A stretch of 64,000 bases of DNA from Takakia lepidozioides (GCA_030704615.1 CM060732.1:39742001-39806000), one strand, 5' to 3'; numbered from the stretch's first letter, positions 1-13,184 are shown. The notes: generated from the sequence alone by a model not told the origin. Numbers and translations: made by a program.

Positions 1-42
1 CTTGAAGGGTTAATTCCAACCCTTGAAGGGTTAATTCCAACC
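1..42. repeat. 21-bp tandem repeat (CTTGAAGGGTTAATTCCAACC)x2, truncated by the window start
   Basis: Two exact copies at 1-21 and 22-42. Confidence 0.85.
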
Positions 43-420
43 GAGAAGAGCAGGTCCTCCCAAAATTCGGTCATAAAAAATGGTTTGACCAAGCTTTGAA
101 TCTACCTTCTAGATTTTTTTTTTGTGAATGCTCATCACAGTCAACACCCTTGCCACCTAGGTGACCTTGTCACCAAATTTCAGAAGCAAATTTGAAATTT
201 ATGAGGGGCTCATATGTATGTGAAATTGGGGGATAAAAATGACATCCAGGTACACTGGATTAGGAAAGAGACGCTGAAATTTGCATCAAAACTGGAATTC
301 TGAACGGTCATTCAGTGCCATGTCGGATTCCTCACTGACCTGCAAAATTTCAAAACATTCCACAAATGCAGTAGGTCCTGATTTTGGAAACAACATTTTT
401 TGAGTCACATTGCACGTGGG

Positions 421-3400
421 CAGCGTCCGGGAAATATTTTGAGTTGAACCAGCCAGTGGCCGCTCATTTTCAGCACCAACCGGCTAAGTGGGTTGGGGGG
501 TCGGCTGCTGCCCCTTGGTGGTAACTTCAGGCGGTCAATTTCCTACATATTGTTTTACAACCGGTAATATTCCTTCTTCTTTTTTGTGTGTTCGGCTATA
601 AATCCGGCCATTGTACATATCAACCGGTTCATTTCCTGCAAATGAAAAATAAATTCAGCTGCATACAAATTCAACAAATGAACAACAATAAATAATCACA
701 ACCAATTTTAAGCAATTCAAACAAGTGCAGAAAATTATCCTTGGCAGGAGTTGAACCTGTCAATGCCCTCCACCAGTTGGAGGCCAAGGATCGAACCCTT
801 CTAAAATGCAAGGACCTCAACCAAAAATTGAAGGGCCTTGAATTTTAGAAGCGTTACCTATCTAAACAAACAAACAAACATAAATTCAAAACTGCAAATC
901 ATCATTGGTACCTTCTGCATATGATGGCCCACCTTCTGGTTGTCCAGCTAAATATAGCTCAGGATGAGAGAACAAATGTCTGAAGTTTGTGGAGTTCTTC
1001 CACAAAGATATGGCCTCAATCAAAACAGGTTGACATACCTGCACACTTGGCCCTTCCAAAGCAACACGAAGCACACTTTCCAAGTTCTTTGTTTTCAACT
1101 TGTTTCGAAATTTAGTTTTGATTGAGTTTTGAACTGAGAATGCCCTCTCACATGTGGCAGTGCTTACACATTGAACTTGAGCAATTTCAGAAAGCACAAG
1201 CAAGTTTTCATACTTCATCGTTAGAGAAGGGTTCCAAGTCACCATGCCCCAAAGATCCTTGAAAGTTTTCTCCATCCACTCGGTACTTGCCTATAGTTTG
1301 AAAGCAAAGAACTCTCGTTTCACCGCTGCTATGTCAATAAGGGCAGGCAATGTCCTTCCTGCAATCTGTCTCTCGACACCATAGTACGCACATAATATTT
1401 CCAACTCTACTACACCCCAACTTGCTAACCCCACTTGCCTAGTTGGTAGGTTACATGGACTCAATATTTTGAATGCACTTACAACTCCGTTGTCCTCAAA
1501 TCTGGCATCCAAAGCATTGCAAATAGCCTCTGCATAAAGCTTTTGGAAGGTAAGTGCTGCCTCCAAATCACCCCCCATCCTCTCTCGTGTCATTTGTACA
1601 CCATGAAATTTGGATCCCCTAATCTCAGAGGCTAGCCGCCTCAAATACCCACCAGGAGGACCAAACTCTGGGATGATGTGATAACCCGTTTCCTCATTGA
1701 AGGTGGATTGGTTCAAATCCGTGCTATCCTCAATGAAAAACATTCGTATTTGTGCAATCTCTGTCTTAACTATCGACCCAATGCTGGTTACATCCACAAA
1801 CTTCCATTGGAACACACGTGAGAGTAGAGATAGACCGTGCAACATATCAGCCAAAAAATACAAGACATAAATCATTTTGAATGACCTTAGCTTGTTATAC
1901 AAAAGAGGGGCTGATCCATCATCATTGGCAGCCGGCACATCTCTAAAATACGTGAGAACACTCTCAAGACTATCACAAAGCGATGTCACGACCTGCCACC
2001 TAGATAACCAACGAATCTTGTGAAACCATTTGAGGCACTTCTGAGCATCATTAAGCTCGGTCTGCAAAGCTTGCAAGGCTGCCTTACGCTTAGATGATTT
2101 GCGAAAATGACCAGCAAGAGAGTTCAAAAGTGTGTCAACCTCATTTGAAATAAGATGACATGGTGATGTCTTGGCAGCTTCTAATGCTGCCAAGTTGGTC
2201 CTATGTGCTACGCAATGGACGGCCAACATAAAGGGATTTACCTTTTGCTTAAGACGAGCAGTCATGCCGGATCGAGCCCCCACCATGGTTGCTGCCCCAT
2301 CCAAACCAAACCCCAAAAACTTATCTAGATCCAAACCCTACTCTTTCAAACTAGTTAGTAAACACTCATATATCATTGCAGCATCCTTCTTGCCATCAAT
2401 AATCTGAAGTAACCCCAAAAACAGAGTGACTGGCAAACCCTCTTCAACAAAAGAAGCAAAAACAACAAGATGACCGGTCACTGAAATGTCAGTTGACTCA
2501 TCTATCATGATTCCATAGTACTTGGAATCCTTCACTCTATCCAACACTTTTTTCTGAACAACACATGAGATACAAAACAATATATCAACACATGACTTCT
2601 CATCATGGTACAGTTTCTAGGTAATACAAGCTTTGAGAGTAACCAAAAGTTGACACAAACCTGGAAATTTGCTAAATGGCAAGGCCTCCAAACCAATGTA
2701 GTAAGCAGCTTGGAAAAAAGCCAAAACAGCATCATCACAAGCTCGGTTAGCACTAGCTATGGCTTTCTCCATGGCTTTCTTACCAAATTGTAGGGCCCAA
2801 GACAACTTACGATGCTCTTCTGACCTAGCATGGTCTTGGAATGAACTCACCTTGACATTTACAGAACCAGCATTTGCAAAGACTGTCCTCCCTCCTTTCC
2901 CTCTACAAACTTTACAAAAAACCCTACCTAGATCATGATTAAACTCAATCCAATCAAATTGAGTGTACCAAGCATCTTTCCGTGCTTTCTGGGCTGCCTC
3001 TACACTATTCGATGGCTTGTCCATACCACTTGAAGATGAGGCAGAGGGGACAGCGGAAGGAGACTCCTCATCACAATCACCAGTGCGACCAGCCCTAAAT
3101 AACATATTTCTTAGATTCCTTTGGCGCTTGGCCATAGCCAAAACCTTACAAAATACAAATATATAGCACGGAAATTGCAACAAGGAAGGGCCAGTGATCA
3201 CCAAAGGGGCTGAGCACATAAATTGCAATAAAGAAAGGCCAAATTTCACCAAAGGAGCTGATGAACAAAGGACGTTCCAAGCTTGGCACAAGGATGTAGG
3301 GCGGCCAAAATGAAGGAACTCCCCCTAAGTATAAGTGCAGGGCCCGCGCGATGAGTGTGGCTGCGGCTGGGGCGTTGGCCTTGAACTGTGGTAGCACGCA

Positions 3401-3919
3401 GCGAGTGCAAGCAGGCGTGGGATGGCAGAGCGTCGGCAACACATCAACATACAGCCAGTGGTAAGTGCGGGCCCCGGCAGGTGAGCTGTGGACTTAGCAA
3501 AGAACGAGTGCAAGGCTGAAAGCATGCGTGGGCCTGCGGGAAGGTGGAGTTGCGAGCAACTTCCTAAGTCTCTTCTAGGGTTTGCCCCCAACCACCCTAA
3601 CCCCGTCCGTTGGATGTAACCAGGCCTGGGCCCTGGCATGCTGGATTTCCGCCACGTGGCAGCATTCAACGGCCATATTCCGTTTTCTTAGAAGATAAGA
3701 ATGGCTGAAATCCGTCCAGGCATGCCAACTAAGGCATATTTCCGGCATTTACTGATACGGAAAGGCAAAAATCCGTCCTAAAAGCAAGGCACTCGGATGA
3801 TTTCCTCTTGGGCCATTTTTTCCGTCAGTTCATTTTCTGGAGGTTTCATGTCATACCTGGAAATTCCAGGATGGCACTCGGCTGGCATGTAACTGGCTGC
3901 CGGTTCTCCCCGTTCGTTG
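421..3919 (-). mobile_element. hAT-superfamily DNA transposon
   Basis: Exact 8-bp TSD CACGTGGG at 413-420 and 3920-3927. Imperfect TIRs CAGCGTCCGGGA / CAACGAACGGGG, with a subterminal CAGCCAGT at both ends. Encloses a transposase frame. Confidence 0.8.
886..3135 (-). pseudogene. hAT transposase (ZNF862/ZMYM1-like), ~749 codons with three in-frame TAG stops
   Basis: Four ORFs in one frame. TTF-type zinc finger (W..FDW...FCKVC...H...H), IDESTD, DGAATM, HCVAH (CxxH), IRWLSR and C-terminal dimerisation motif STATCERAFS. Stops at 2617-2619, 2338-2340 and 1291-1293. Confidence 0.9.
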
Positions 3920-5879
3920 CACGTGGGGCATTCTGTTACCGGAAATAGTAACACTTCCGGCAGGCTTGTTACGGGTCACGTCCTTGACGACCCAAACATG
4001 GAGCGGGCCCCACGGACTAGTCACCCTGTGCTCCTCGTGGCGGGTGGCTGGGCTGTCCGTACGGGCGAACATGCAGACCCCTCACCGCCAAATGCACGTC
4101 AAGTGGGCACTGCCACCTGCCACGTGGGTAGGTCAAAGCAAACTTGGCAGGCCTCAACGAACAAAAAACGGGAAATGTGACCACTCAAAAAATCCTAGCA
4201 CGCTGGATTCTTCTCCGTTTTGGGCGCTCTAAATTCAAACGTGTGCGTCTCTTAAAGGCGCATAGTTTTCATTCAAGGATGATTTTCATCCGACCACATC
4301 CAATGAATCTACATTGAATGCAAAAGGACGAACCGACCCGATTTAGGTCGCGTCGTCCTTTAGGGGTTAAGCTCTAGCAGGGGCAGGGAATTAAGTGCCG
4401 AGCCTGTTTCCCTCTACGAACAAGGCTCCTTGCCAAGGCTTTTATTTCATTTTTATTTTTATTTTTGGTTTTTGGGGTGAATTGTCATGTTCCTTGTGAA
4501 AGCTGTGAAGCATTGAGCACGACATGTTTGGTCCCTGGCCGCCTACGTGAATTTGCATTCAGAAGAGTTTGCGTCCACGACAATAGGCCCTGTATTACCT
4601 CGGCTGTAGGCTCCGTTTCCCTAATCTGCTCACGCTTAAAATCTGCTCACGATTAGTGTGCAAAGTGTGAGCGTGCTCACGTGAGTTGCTCACACGGTAG
4701 CTACCCTCGCAGATGAGTAATCGCAGAGTTTCCTTGGCATCTGTGTAGTTTAGAATTTGTAGCTCCTTCTTCTCTTGTTCATTTTTTGATGTATGAGCTG
4801 TCATTTGTTTGACAGTGGGAAGGGTCTTAGAATATAGTTGACACTTTGGGGTATAATTCATGTAGACTAACCTTCATATAGTTGGATGATGTCTGGTGGT
4901 AATGGGCTTTTTCACTTGAAGTACAGTGTGTTCTCTTGACATATCTTAGATGGCTATTTTCCGAGCTCCTCTCTGGGTATAAATGCTGCTGCATAACAAG
5001 TAGTGGGGAGCCCAAGATTGAGTGGTTGTTTCATGATCTGACTTAGAAAAGTAACCTGCTGTCACCATTTTGGGGTAGGCATGATAGAGCTTGTTATTAA
5101 AGAGGGTGCATCTAGTTCTTACTGCTGATAGGTAGCTGCTGTTGATGCAGATTATAGGTTTAGTTCTGAATGTTAGTAACTGATTTGGAGTGAGTCACTT
5201 CCACCATGTATCTCAATACTTAGTAGGGGTCATCGTAGCATGTCCAATTCTTCCCAGATGCTCATGGAGGGTGAAACAACCGCTTATTTTAGTTGATTAT
5301 GTCCCTGTAGTAGTTAGGGTAGTCTCTCGGTAGTCTGCATGCACTTTGCCAGGGTAAATACAGTGGCATTGACTGGCTGTCATGATGATCTTCAACAAAT
5401 AAGAAATACAGGCAAGGGCTCTTTGGCCAGCTTTAGTGAGTGATAAAATGGGAAGAGTGAATGTGAGGATTGTGTTGAGACGACGCATAGGCACTAAGCT
5501 AGAGACAGGGTGAATTGATGGTGCGTAGTTCATGCTTGTACCAACAAGTGCTATAACCCAAAGGCTCTGCCCTTTTTGGATATTGTTGAGTATCATACAT
5601 GTGTCATGCTTCCACACTCATTATCAAGAGTTGAGAGCATCCAACAATTACAGTCAGTCTGCATTTGTGTTTTCTCTTCCGCTGCAACACAGATGCGGAG
5701 TGAAGATGGTCACTCTGATGAACGGATGGTAACTTAGGACAGATATTCAAGCCCCTCTTTTCAAACCACAAAACATGGTTACCATGTAACAAGGTTAACA
5801 TGTCCTATAGAAAAAGACAAGTTGCTGAAGCGTTAGGTGTGGACCACTACAGAAAAGTATCAACTTCATTGAAACCTAG

Positions 5880-7051
5880 TGTAAAGTAAAAAATGGGGGC
5901 CTTGTTTCACCCACCAGGATAGATCTTTGTGTTCCCTCTTCAACATCCAACCCGTCAGTCCTAGTTTCGATGCTACATGACGCTGCAATGGAAGCAAGAA
6001 AACATCATGACACCTAGACTGGACCTATTAATACGTTGCTTGCACTTTCAAATCGTTTAGTTTGTTCTATGTTTTCAGCCCATGGCAATCGTTCAAAGAA
6101 AATATCATGATCCCATTCGGGTCCGAGGCCCGTGACACCTGCCCTTCGACACCCCGATTATCTGGTTCACCATGTCAGCGTTTGGATCGTCATTTAATTG
6201 CTCCACAAGTCTTGGAAAACTGATATGTTCAACTTCATGTTGAGCGGATTTTACACACCCATCCTTTAGCTATCCTAGGTGGATACTCAAGGGATGAGGA
6301 GCTTGAGAACTCTAAGTATTCAGGCCGCTTAGAATAGTTAGTCATGACCTACACCTAATGTATCATGGGGGTGTCTTCCTTCTTTGAATCCATTGGGCAT
6401 TCATGCTTAGTTAATTGATCCTTGTACCTTAGTATTGAGGATAAGATTGCTTATGCAATTGGCTATGTTCTATTTCCTGGTTCTAGTTAATCATTCCACA
6501 ACTTCTCTCTTGTCTCTCTACACATTGCGAATGCGAAGTGTGAATCTTGATTAATTAATGTCTATGTCAATAGTCTGGCCGCAGCCTCAGTGTCATCATA
6601 TCTACACTACAACATCTCTTCTACAGCTTGCAGGCATCAAGCATCGCTCATCATCTCTCACTCCTCCTCCATGCGCTCATCGCATGCCAAGATCTCAAAA
6701 GTAAAAGAAGGTAAAAAAAAAATCATCTCTTCTGCAGCTACGCTGCCTTAAGTACCCCTACCCGCGAGCTGTCCTAATTGCATATGGCTAACTATCATGA
6801 CACTAACCGTCATGACAGTACTATGTTGTACTGCTGTTCCCTGTGATTGCGTGTTCCCTCCTATGTTCCCTATGTTCCCCTCCTATGATGTCGTGAGGCT
6901 TGTGAGACTCCTGGAGACTCGTGCTGCCTCCTCAGGAGTCTTGTGATAGTTCATGGCCCAACAGAGCCATGAAGTCCCATGACTGCGCAAAATTAAGGGT
7001 ATATTCCACAAGAACCTGCAAATCGTCTAAGTGCTCAGCAGCCTTGTAACA
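5880..7051 (-). mobile_element. 3' LTR of an LTR retrotransposon (~1.17 kb)
   Basis: Minus strand reads TGTTACA...CTTTACA, directly preceded by the polypurine tract GGGGAGGGGTAA (7052-7063). The end is homologous to 12900-13184 in inverted orientation. Confidence 0.75.
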
Positions 7052-7081
7052 TTACCCCTCCCCTGTCAAAAAGCCGTGCCC

Positions 7082-9231
7082 TCACGGTTCACTTCTTGTC
7101 TGCAACATGTTTTTGTGAACGGGCATCTGAACAGTGTTTGGGCTTTTGACAGTCCCTGCGAGGGCTCTGTGTATGAGCCCGAGCCTATCCTTGACTGGTG
7201 GAGAAGTTTGTCTGCTTACTGGAGTTGACTGTCCTGCAGGCCTGACATAGGGTGGAAGTTTTGCAGGAATGGCAGACCCCCGTTGTTTCTTGTCTGCCAT
7301 GACCTCCTCGTAATGAGCCAGTTGATCAAACTCCTCATTCTCCAAAACAGAAGTATCAAATTCATCTTCTCCTTGTTGACCCTTCGGTTTGCAGACCTTC
7401 TTTGGAACAATAGGGAGTTCGACTGATAATCCATCAGTGCCTACCATGTCTGGTACATGATCCATCAACACTTTCTATACCTTCTGCCTGGCTAGTGTAG
7501 TGTATGCCCTGTGTTCCCCATCTGTGTAAGTGGATGACTTACCCATGTAGAATTTTCAAGCCACTGTCTAGCCTCTTGCCCCTTGGAGACCCCTTGGTGA
7601 AAATATGATGTTGATCCCAGACTATATTCCTTAAATCTGTCTGGGCGCAAGTGAACGGATGTACTTGAGGGCATTCATTTATAGAACATGAGGGGACACA
7701 CTCTCCGTTTTCCGTTGCACCACCATTTCTCTTCCCACCATCCGTTGTAATGAGCACATGTAAAATTTCATGTCTTCAAACTGACAAAGGAGGCGAGTTT
7801 CTGTCAGAACAGTTCTCCAGATTTGATAGAGAGCATGGGATAAGCTGACAACTAACCACCGCCAAGATTCCCTACCAGAAAAATCGAACGCTTCTCAACA
7901 TGGTTCAAAGGGGAATGCTAGTTTGTGAGTGAAAAATTCCGCGAGCAGAATTCTACTCACGTTCCATGGTGCGTGGACTGCAATGGGGCCTATTACCGCA
8001 GACAACAAAGGTACAAAAGGCCTATTACTGCGGGTAGGAGATGTCAAAATGCGGATAGTAGTCCATATTTTTGTGAACACAACAAGTCCACAATGGGACG
8101 ATTAACGGAGTTGTTCCTCATGCTGAAGCATGGTGCGCACATCCTGAAATCTGTGATCCAAGTTGGTCAAAGCGATGTGCATCACAGTGTTAGTTGTTTG
8201 CATCATATCACGGGTAAATGTTGTGTTTCTGTGCTGTTCTTGCCCTATGAAGCCATTGTGTTCACTTTGAGTCTGATCCATGCCTTGTGTTCTTGTTTGT
8301 GGCTTTCTTTGAATCAGTTGTTCACTGTTGTTTGGTGTTGGAACAATCTCTTCCACATTTGTTTCTAGACTGTCTTGTTGTGGGTCATCCCAATCCCTCT
8401 GCTTTGTTAGGTCCTCTTCCTTTGATAATTTTGTTCTTCCACCATCAAAGATGTCAAGTTTGCAGGGTGAACGTTCTCCAAAGCTGACTCTGCCTCTCCT
8501 TTCTTCCCTGTTCTACTTCCTTTGTCCAGTGTCACATCGTGGCACTTCTGGAGTACTGATTTTTTTTTTTTTTCCAAGGTTGTCAGTTCCAAGGGGAAGT
8601 TGTCCCAAGGCTTTTCTTCTAGTGTATATTCACCAAGAGCTACATCCACTATTGTGCCAACTTCAATGGTGAGTGATGCACTACCTTGTTCTTGATGTGA
8701 CTCAGTGAGGGCTCGCTAGAACCAGTCATCATGTATACTTTGGTTGTCTTGCATACTTGCTCCATGACACAAAATATGTTGTGTTCCTGCTTGATCTTCA
8801 CCATAGCAGTCCCCTTCACACACTTTCTCTTGCGAGTCATCCCTCCTGGTGTTGTCTTTATCCATAGTGTCAATGCAGTTCATGCTTACTGGTTCTCTCC
8901 TCAGTTCATTGGCTGCACCTTCATTTATTTGTAGTATATATTGCCCATCTTCATCCATTGGGAATTGTGGCTTCTCCACATGATCAGCCTGTGTTATGTT
9001 TGGCATTTCCGTGTGCAGCTCTTTCTCATGATCATCAGTCCACTCGGAGAAGATAAATTCTGCCTTGCTTCTCTTCCTTGCCCTGCTTGGCACACTACTA
9101 CGTTTAGGGGGGGTTAGCGACGCCGCCCCAGGCGCGCCGGACGCGCCAACCCTCCTACGATTGCAGCACCCGACCCGGGATTTGCAACGTCGGAGCGTCG
9201 CCACAGCGCCGCTCCGGTGACGCTTCGCCAT
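7082..9231 (-). pseudogene. Fragmented charged/low-complexity coding remnant upstream of the PPT, product unknown
   Basis: Series of broken minus-strand ORFs rich in E/K/D. No recognisable domain. Confidence 0.3.
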
Positions 9232-9669
9232 CTTGCATTACCGCCACGTCGCTGCAATTGGGGCATGACCCACCAGCGAGCTGTGGGTTGCGACGCCCTG
9301 GCGTCGCACATACCCTCTGCGACGCTCCCGCAAGGCTGCGACTCCCGGGAATCGCAACAACACCCCCTCCCACTTAAGCGCGTGTGGAGGGCCAAGCTAG
9401 CTCAAGCTGGGGTTTGCGACATCCGGACGTCGCAGAAATGCCACAATGGCGAGGTTGCGATTCCCCGCAGACGCAGATCTGCTAGGGCGTCGCAGTACCC
9501 TCTTGCCTGGGGTCCTAGGATTGGGGATTGCTGCTACGTAATAATTTTTTTTTTGGCTGTGTTTTGTTGTGTGAATTTGACCCTTGCTCCACTACATCCA
9601 TGCAAAAGATTGGACAAACAAAATAAAAAATAAAAAAGTGTTTTCTTCGTTCACTATTGCAGAACTCTC

Positions 9670-10140
9670 TATGAAGAATGCATGAAGTTGAAGACAACTC
9701 AATTTTGGAGTGCAAATGAGGGAAGAAAATATTGGGGCCAAATGGTTTTTATTCACTCTCAATTTTTTCATGCACATTGCATATGTTGTCATTAAGCATA
9801 TGGTTTAAGAACGGAATTTGAATAAAAATCATGTGCAAACAAAACGCAATTTTTCGTCTCTAAAACACGTAGATGCGTTCAACACTTGAATGACCCATTG
9901 AATGAACTTGGTTCAAGCTCATATTTGGTCCACATGTGCTTAAGTATGTCCAAATCACATATGCAAAGACGCAAAAGATGAGCAACATTAAGAAATATGC
10001 TCATCAACAATGCATGAACTTGAAGAGAACTCAACCTTGGAGTGCAAATGAGGGAAGAAAATATGGTTTTGGGTGTGGATGATGTCTGTTCACTGCCAAA
10101 TTTTGCATGCACATTGTACATGTTGTCATTAAGCGGATAC
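9670..10140. repeat. Imperfect direct repeat, ~330-bp spacing (TE subterminal-like)
   Basis: TTGGAGTGCAAATGAGGGAAGAAAATAT and CATGCACATTG.A.ATGTTGTCATTAAGC each occur at ~9705-9800 and ~10038-10135. Confidence 0.7.
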
Positions 10141-10399
10141 AACAAAGACGAAAATGGATTTGAAAAACTAGGAAGTTCTGGCATTGAGATGTTTTCTGAA
10201 TTGACAGAGACATTTCTTGAAATTATGATCAGCTCAAAGCTGCAACTATAGATACTGCCTATAGTCAAATAGGAGAATTGCAGGAGGAGGTTGATAAGCT
10301 CCAGACTCAAGTGGAGGACTTGAGCTCCAACATTGACAAGAGACAGTTTGTTCCTGAGGAACAACTGTTGGCAACATTATTGTAGGCAAAGACAATTGT

Positions 10400-12210
10400 C
10401 TTTCATTTTCCAGCAGATCAGGAGGTATATGCAATGGTGGCACTATGAGAGACTGCATCAATTTCCCAGCAGCCACCTCATGGAGACAACATGGATACAT
10501 GTCACTGGTGACACAAACACAACCTGTTGTCTGGAATGATCTTTCTCTCAATGCACTTGAAACTCCAGCTGAGCAAGTATTAGTGATGCTATAATTCTGC
10601 CCCTTAACCAGATTCCTTATGTCATGGATCTGGTCTGGAAACACTCGACTCCTCCTGAGTCAGTGGGACACTATTATCATCTTATGCGCCACAGTGCTGG
10701 TTGTCTTTGGCAACTCGACACCAAGTCTTTGGGTCTGATAGACCCATCGAGGATCACCACTTTGCGTAGTGCTGGAATGAGGCAGGGACAATGCTCAAGG
10801 AACTCCTAGCTTTCCAGGTACTTCTTGGTTTCACATCCACCAAGACTAGGGAGGTAGCTAGCATAGTTATGGGCTGTGGCACTCACTACGCTGCTTGTTT
10901 GGTATTGCGATACCAGTTGGAGCGTCAGAAAATGCAGCAGAGGTACATTTCCTGTTCCAATGGAACCCATTGGATTTTACCTCCAATGCCAGACGAACAA
11001 GATGAAGCAATGCTGACTAGCACTCACTATCAACACAAGGAGGAGTAGTAAGGTCATGAATCAAACAAAGAAGCAAAATAATGCTTGCTTCAAACACAGG
11101 TCAAGTGTTACCAACTGGTGAAGGAGCTCGAAATATAGAGTTAGACTGGATGGAAGTGGTCTATGAAAAATCTTTGCAAGCCAAGTGCACACAAAGAGGT
11201 GCAAGCCCAAGTAGGCCAAAAAGAGGGTCAGAATGCATGATTTTATTGTGGAGCACTACACTCCCACCACAGGAAAGATCAATGCGACTGGTCTAAGGCA
11301 TATTACACATATCTACCAGGAGTAAGGGAGAGAAGAAAGTGCAGCCTGCAGAGGGACAGCTATATCAGGCACCCTTTGTTGTAATTGAAGACTATGTACA
11401 GAAGCAACATGACCAAGGAGAAAGTTATAACAATGAAGGGTCATTGCAATTTACACCCAACGAACTTAAGGCATTGGGTGAGCTGGAAGGGCTGTACCCG
11501 GAACTGGTGAGCTTCAAGAATGTTACAGAGCCACTGCACATTAACGTGCTGACCAAAGGTAGTGCAAAAAAGGCAAAACTTGGTGATGTAGGAGATATCT
11601 TGCAACCACTAGCACACAACATAGAGTAGCACAGAGATCCAGGGTGAATCCAAGGAAGAAGGGCATAAGATGAACGATTTCTGTAGTTCAATGGGTATTG
11701 AACGCCAGCCAAATATGTATTAAAGAGGAAGGGGTCAACCTGAAGAGGAGGTTATGACCTAGGGGCTTGACACATTCACTGAAGATTGGGTAGATAAACA
11801 GCTCAATGCTGAGAGCTCATAGGAGACAGAAAGTGAACTCAGTGAAAAATTGGAGCATGAAGCTACAAGACCTCTAACAAAGAAGGAGCAATTGGAGCTC
11901 ATACAGAAAGCAGACAGCGAGTATGACAAAAGGAAGAATGATGCCAAAGAGTACACACCAGCTGTGCGAGAAGAAGCAGCACCAGATATACTAGATGATG
12001 TCCAGGTAATGCACTATCTGACGTTCGGTACCGTCAATGAATACCTGGAGATGAATGAAAGAAAGAGGGTTCTTAAGAGAGCCAGGGGATATGTCTTCTG
12101 GGAAGGAATCTAATTCTCTACAAATTGAAAGTATGTGCTACAAAAGAAGGAACAATGAGCATCATAGAAAGGGTTCATCAAACGCTAGGGCACATTGGAG
12201 TCCACAGACC
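10400..12210 (+). mobile_element. Degenerate Ty3/Gypsy pol (RT, RNase H, integrase N-terminus)
   Basis: Remnants KELLAFQVLLGF (RT thumb-like), HYAACL (RNase H TDH-like region), RKRVLKRARGY and IIERVHQTLGHIG (integrase zinc finger), in Gypsy order. Many stops and frameshifts. Confidence 0.55.
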
Positions 12211-12223
12211 CCAAAATGAGATA

Positions 12224-13184
12224 TGTAAATGATTCTTTTGGCACAACCGCACCCAAGAGATAAAGGAAGTGTTGAGGAAGTAGCGATTCCACGGACAGCT
12301 GCAGGGTACAAGGTAGGAGACAGAGATCATTCGAAAGGAGAGGATTTACTTTGAAGTTAAGTTTTACTTTTAAGTTCGGGAGAGGCGATGAAGACAGAGT
12401 AAAAGAAACATGGATTAGACTGAGTAGGTTTAGCAAATTGATTAGTGAGATGCGTGTACAGTGTACAGATCGTGTTGATACTAAGCGACCATCATAGTGA
12501 GCCGTGTGATATGAAGGAGATAGACTGGATTTACGAAGAAGAGCATGTACTGTTGAAATAGACGATTAAGAAAGTAACACCGGAAAACGTTTGAGCTGCA
12601 ACAAGTGTCGAGAGAACGATCATTGTGAGAGATTATGCCAGGACACCATGAAGTTGTCATGAGATAGGCACAGATAGAGAAAATGTACACATCAGAGAGA
12701 TCAGATGAGGATAGCTTGGTGGGATCGCAAGTAGAACTGATCCGTGCAGGCCCTGGAAACGCCAGATCGAGATGAAAGGTGGAAATAGAAAGCTGGGTAG
12801 TATGCGTTGAGGGATAGATTGTGCAAGTAAGCAAAATAGCTGAGGACCACTACCATGAGGATGGATGGAATGTGCGTTAAGTAACTACCCGTGCACATGG
12901 CGCACCATGTAAACGAGATAACAGTGTGGGGGTGCTGTAGGCAGATGCCTTACGAGGGGGTCAAGATATCTTTTCTGAGCATTTGCCATGCCAAAGACAG
13001 GATGGTGACATGATGTCAAACAAACGAACAAGTAGCATAACAGTCCGGTCTAGGTGTCACGATGTTTTCCTGCTTCCGCTGCGGCTCATGTAGCATCGAA
13101 ACTGGACTGACGGGTTGTCTGATCAAGAGGGAACGGATAGATTTACCCCGGGTGGTGAAACAAGGCCCCCATTTTTACTTTACA
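12224..13184 (+). mobile_element. LTR related to the 5880-7051 LTR, opposite orientation
   Basis: TGTAAA...TTTACA termini. The last ~280 bp align to the reverse complement of 5880-6170. The 5' boundary is tentative and no TSD is seen. Confidence 0.6.

Larger units (their letters stand above)
1..4370. mobile_element. TTAA-flanked non-autonomous DNA element (piggyBac-like ends), interrupted by a hAT; left end lies outside the window
   Basis: Right end ...GTCGTCCTTTAGGGG-TTAA (to 4370) matches the TIR of the 36497-37477 element. Internal motifs GTTTGACCAAGC, CACCAAATTTCA, GGAATT..AACGGTCA (80-310) and TGCCACCTGCCACGT, CCGACCCGATT (4110-4345) recur in the same order in 36730-37460. Confidence 0.7.

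Noticed and set aside
886-3135. Programmed amber readthrough or editing of the three TAGs
   Set aside because: Ordinary transition mutations in a silenced nuclear TE are sufficient, and neighbouring genes use TAG as a normal stop (RPL13a).
1-4370. Novel hybrid transposon with piggyBac ends and a hAT transposase
   Set aside because: The transposase has its own TIRs and 8-bp TSD (413-420/3920-3927), so nesting explains the arrangement.
5880-13184. DIRS-like element with inverted terminal repeats
   Set aside because: Termini are TG..CA LTR ends with a PPT, the remnants are Gypsy-type, and no tyrosine recombinase is visible.
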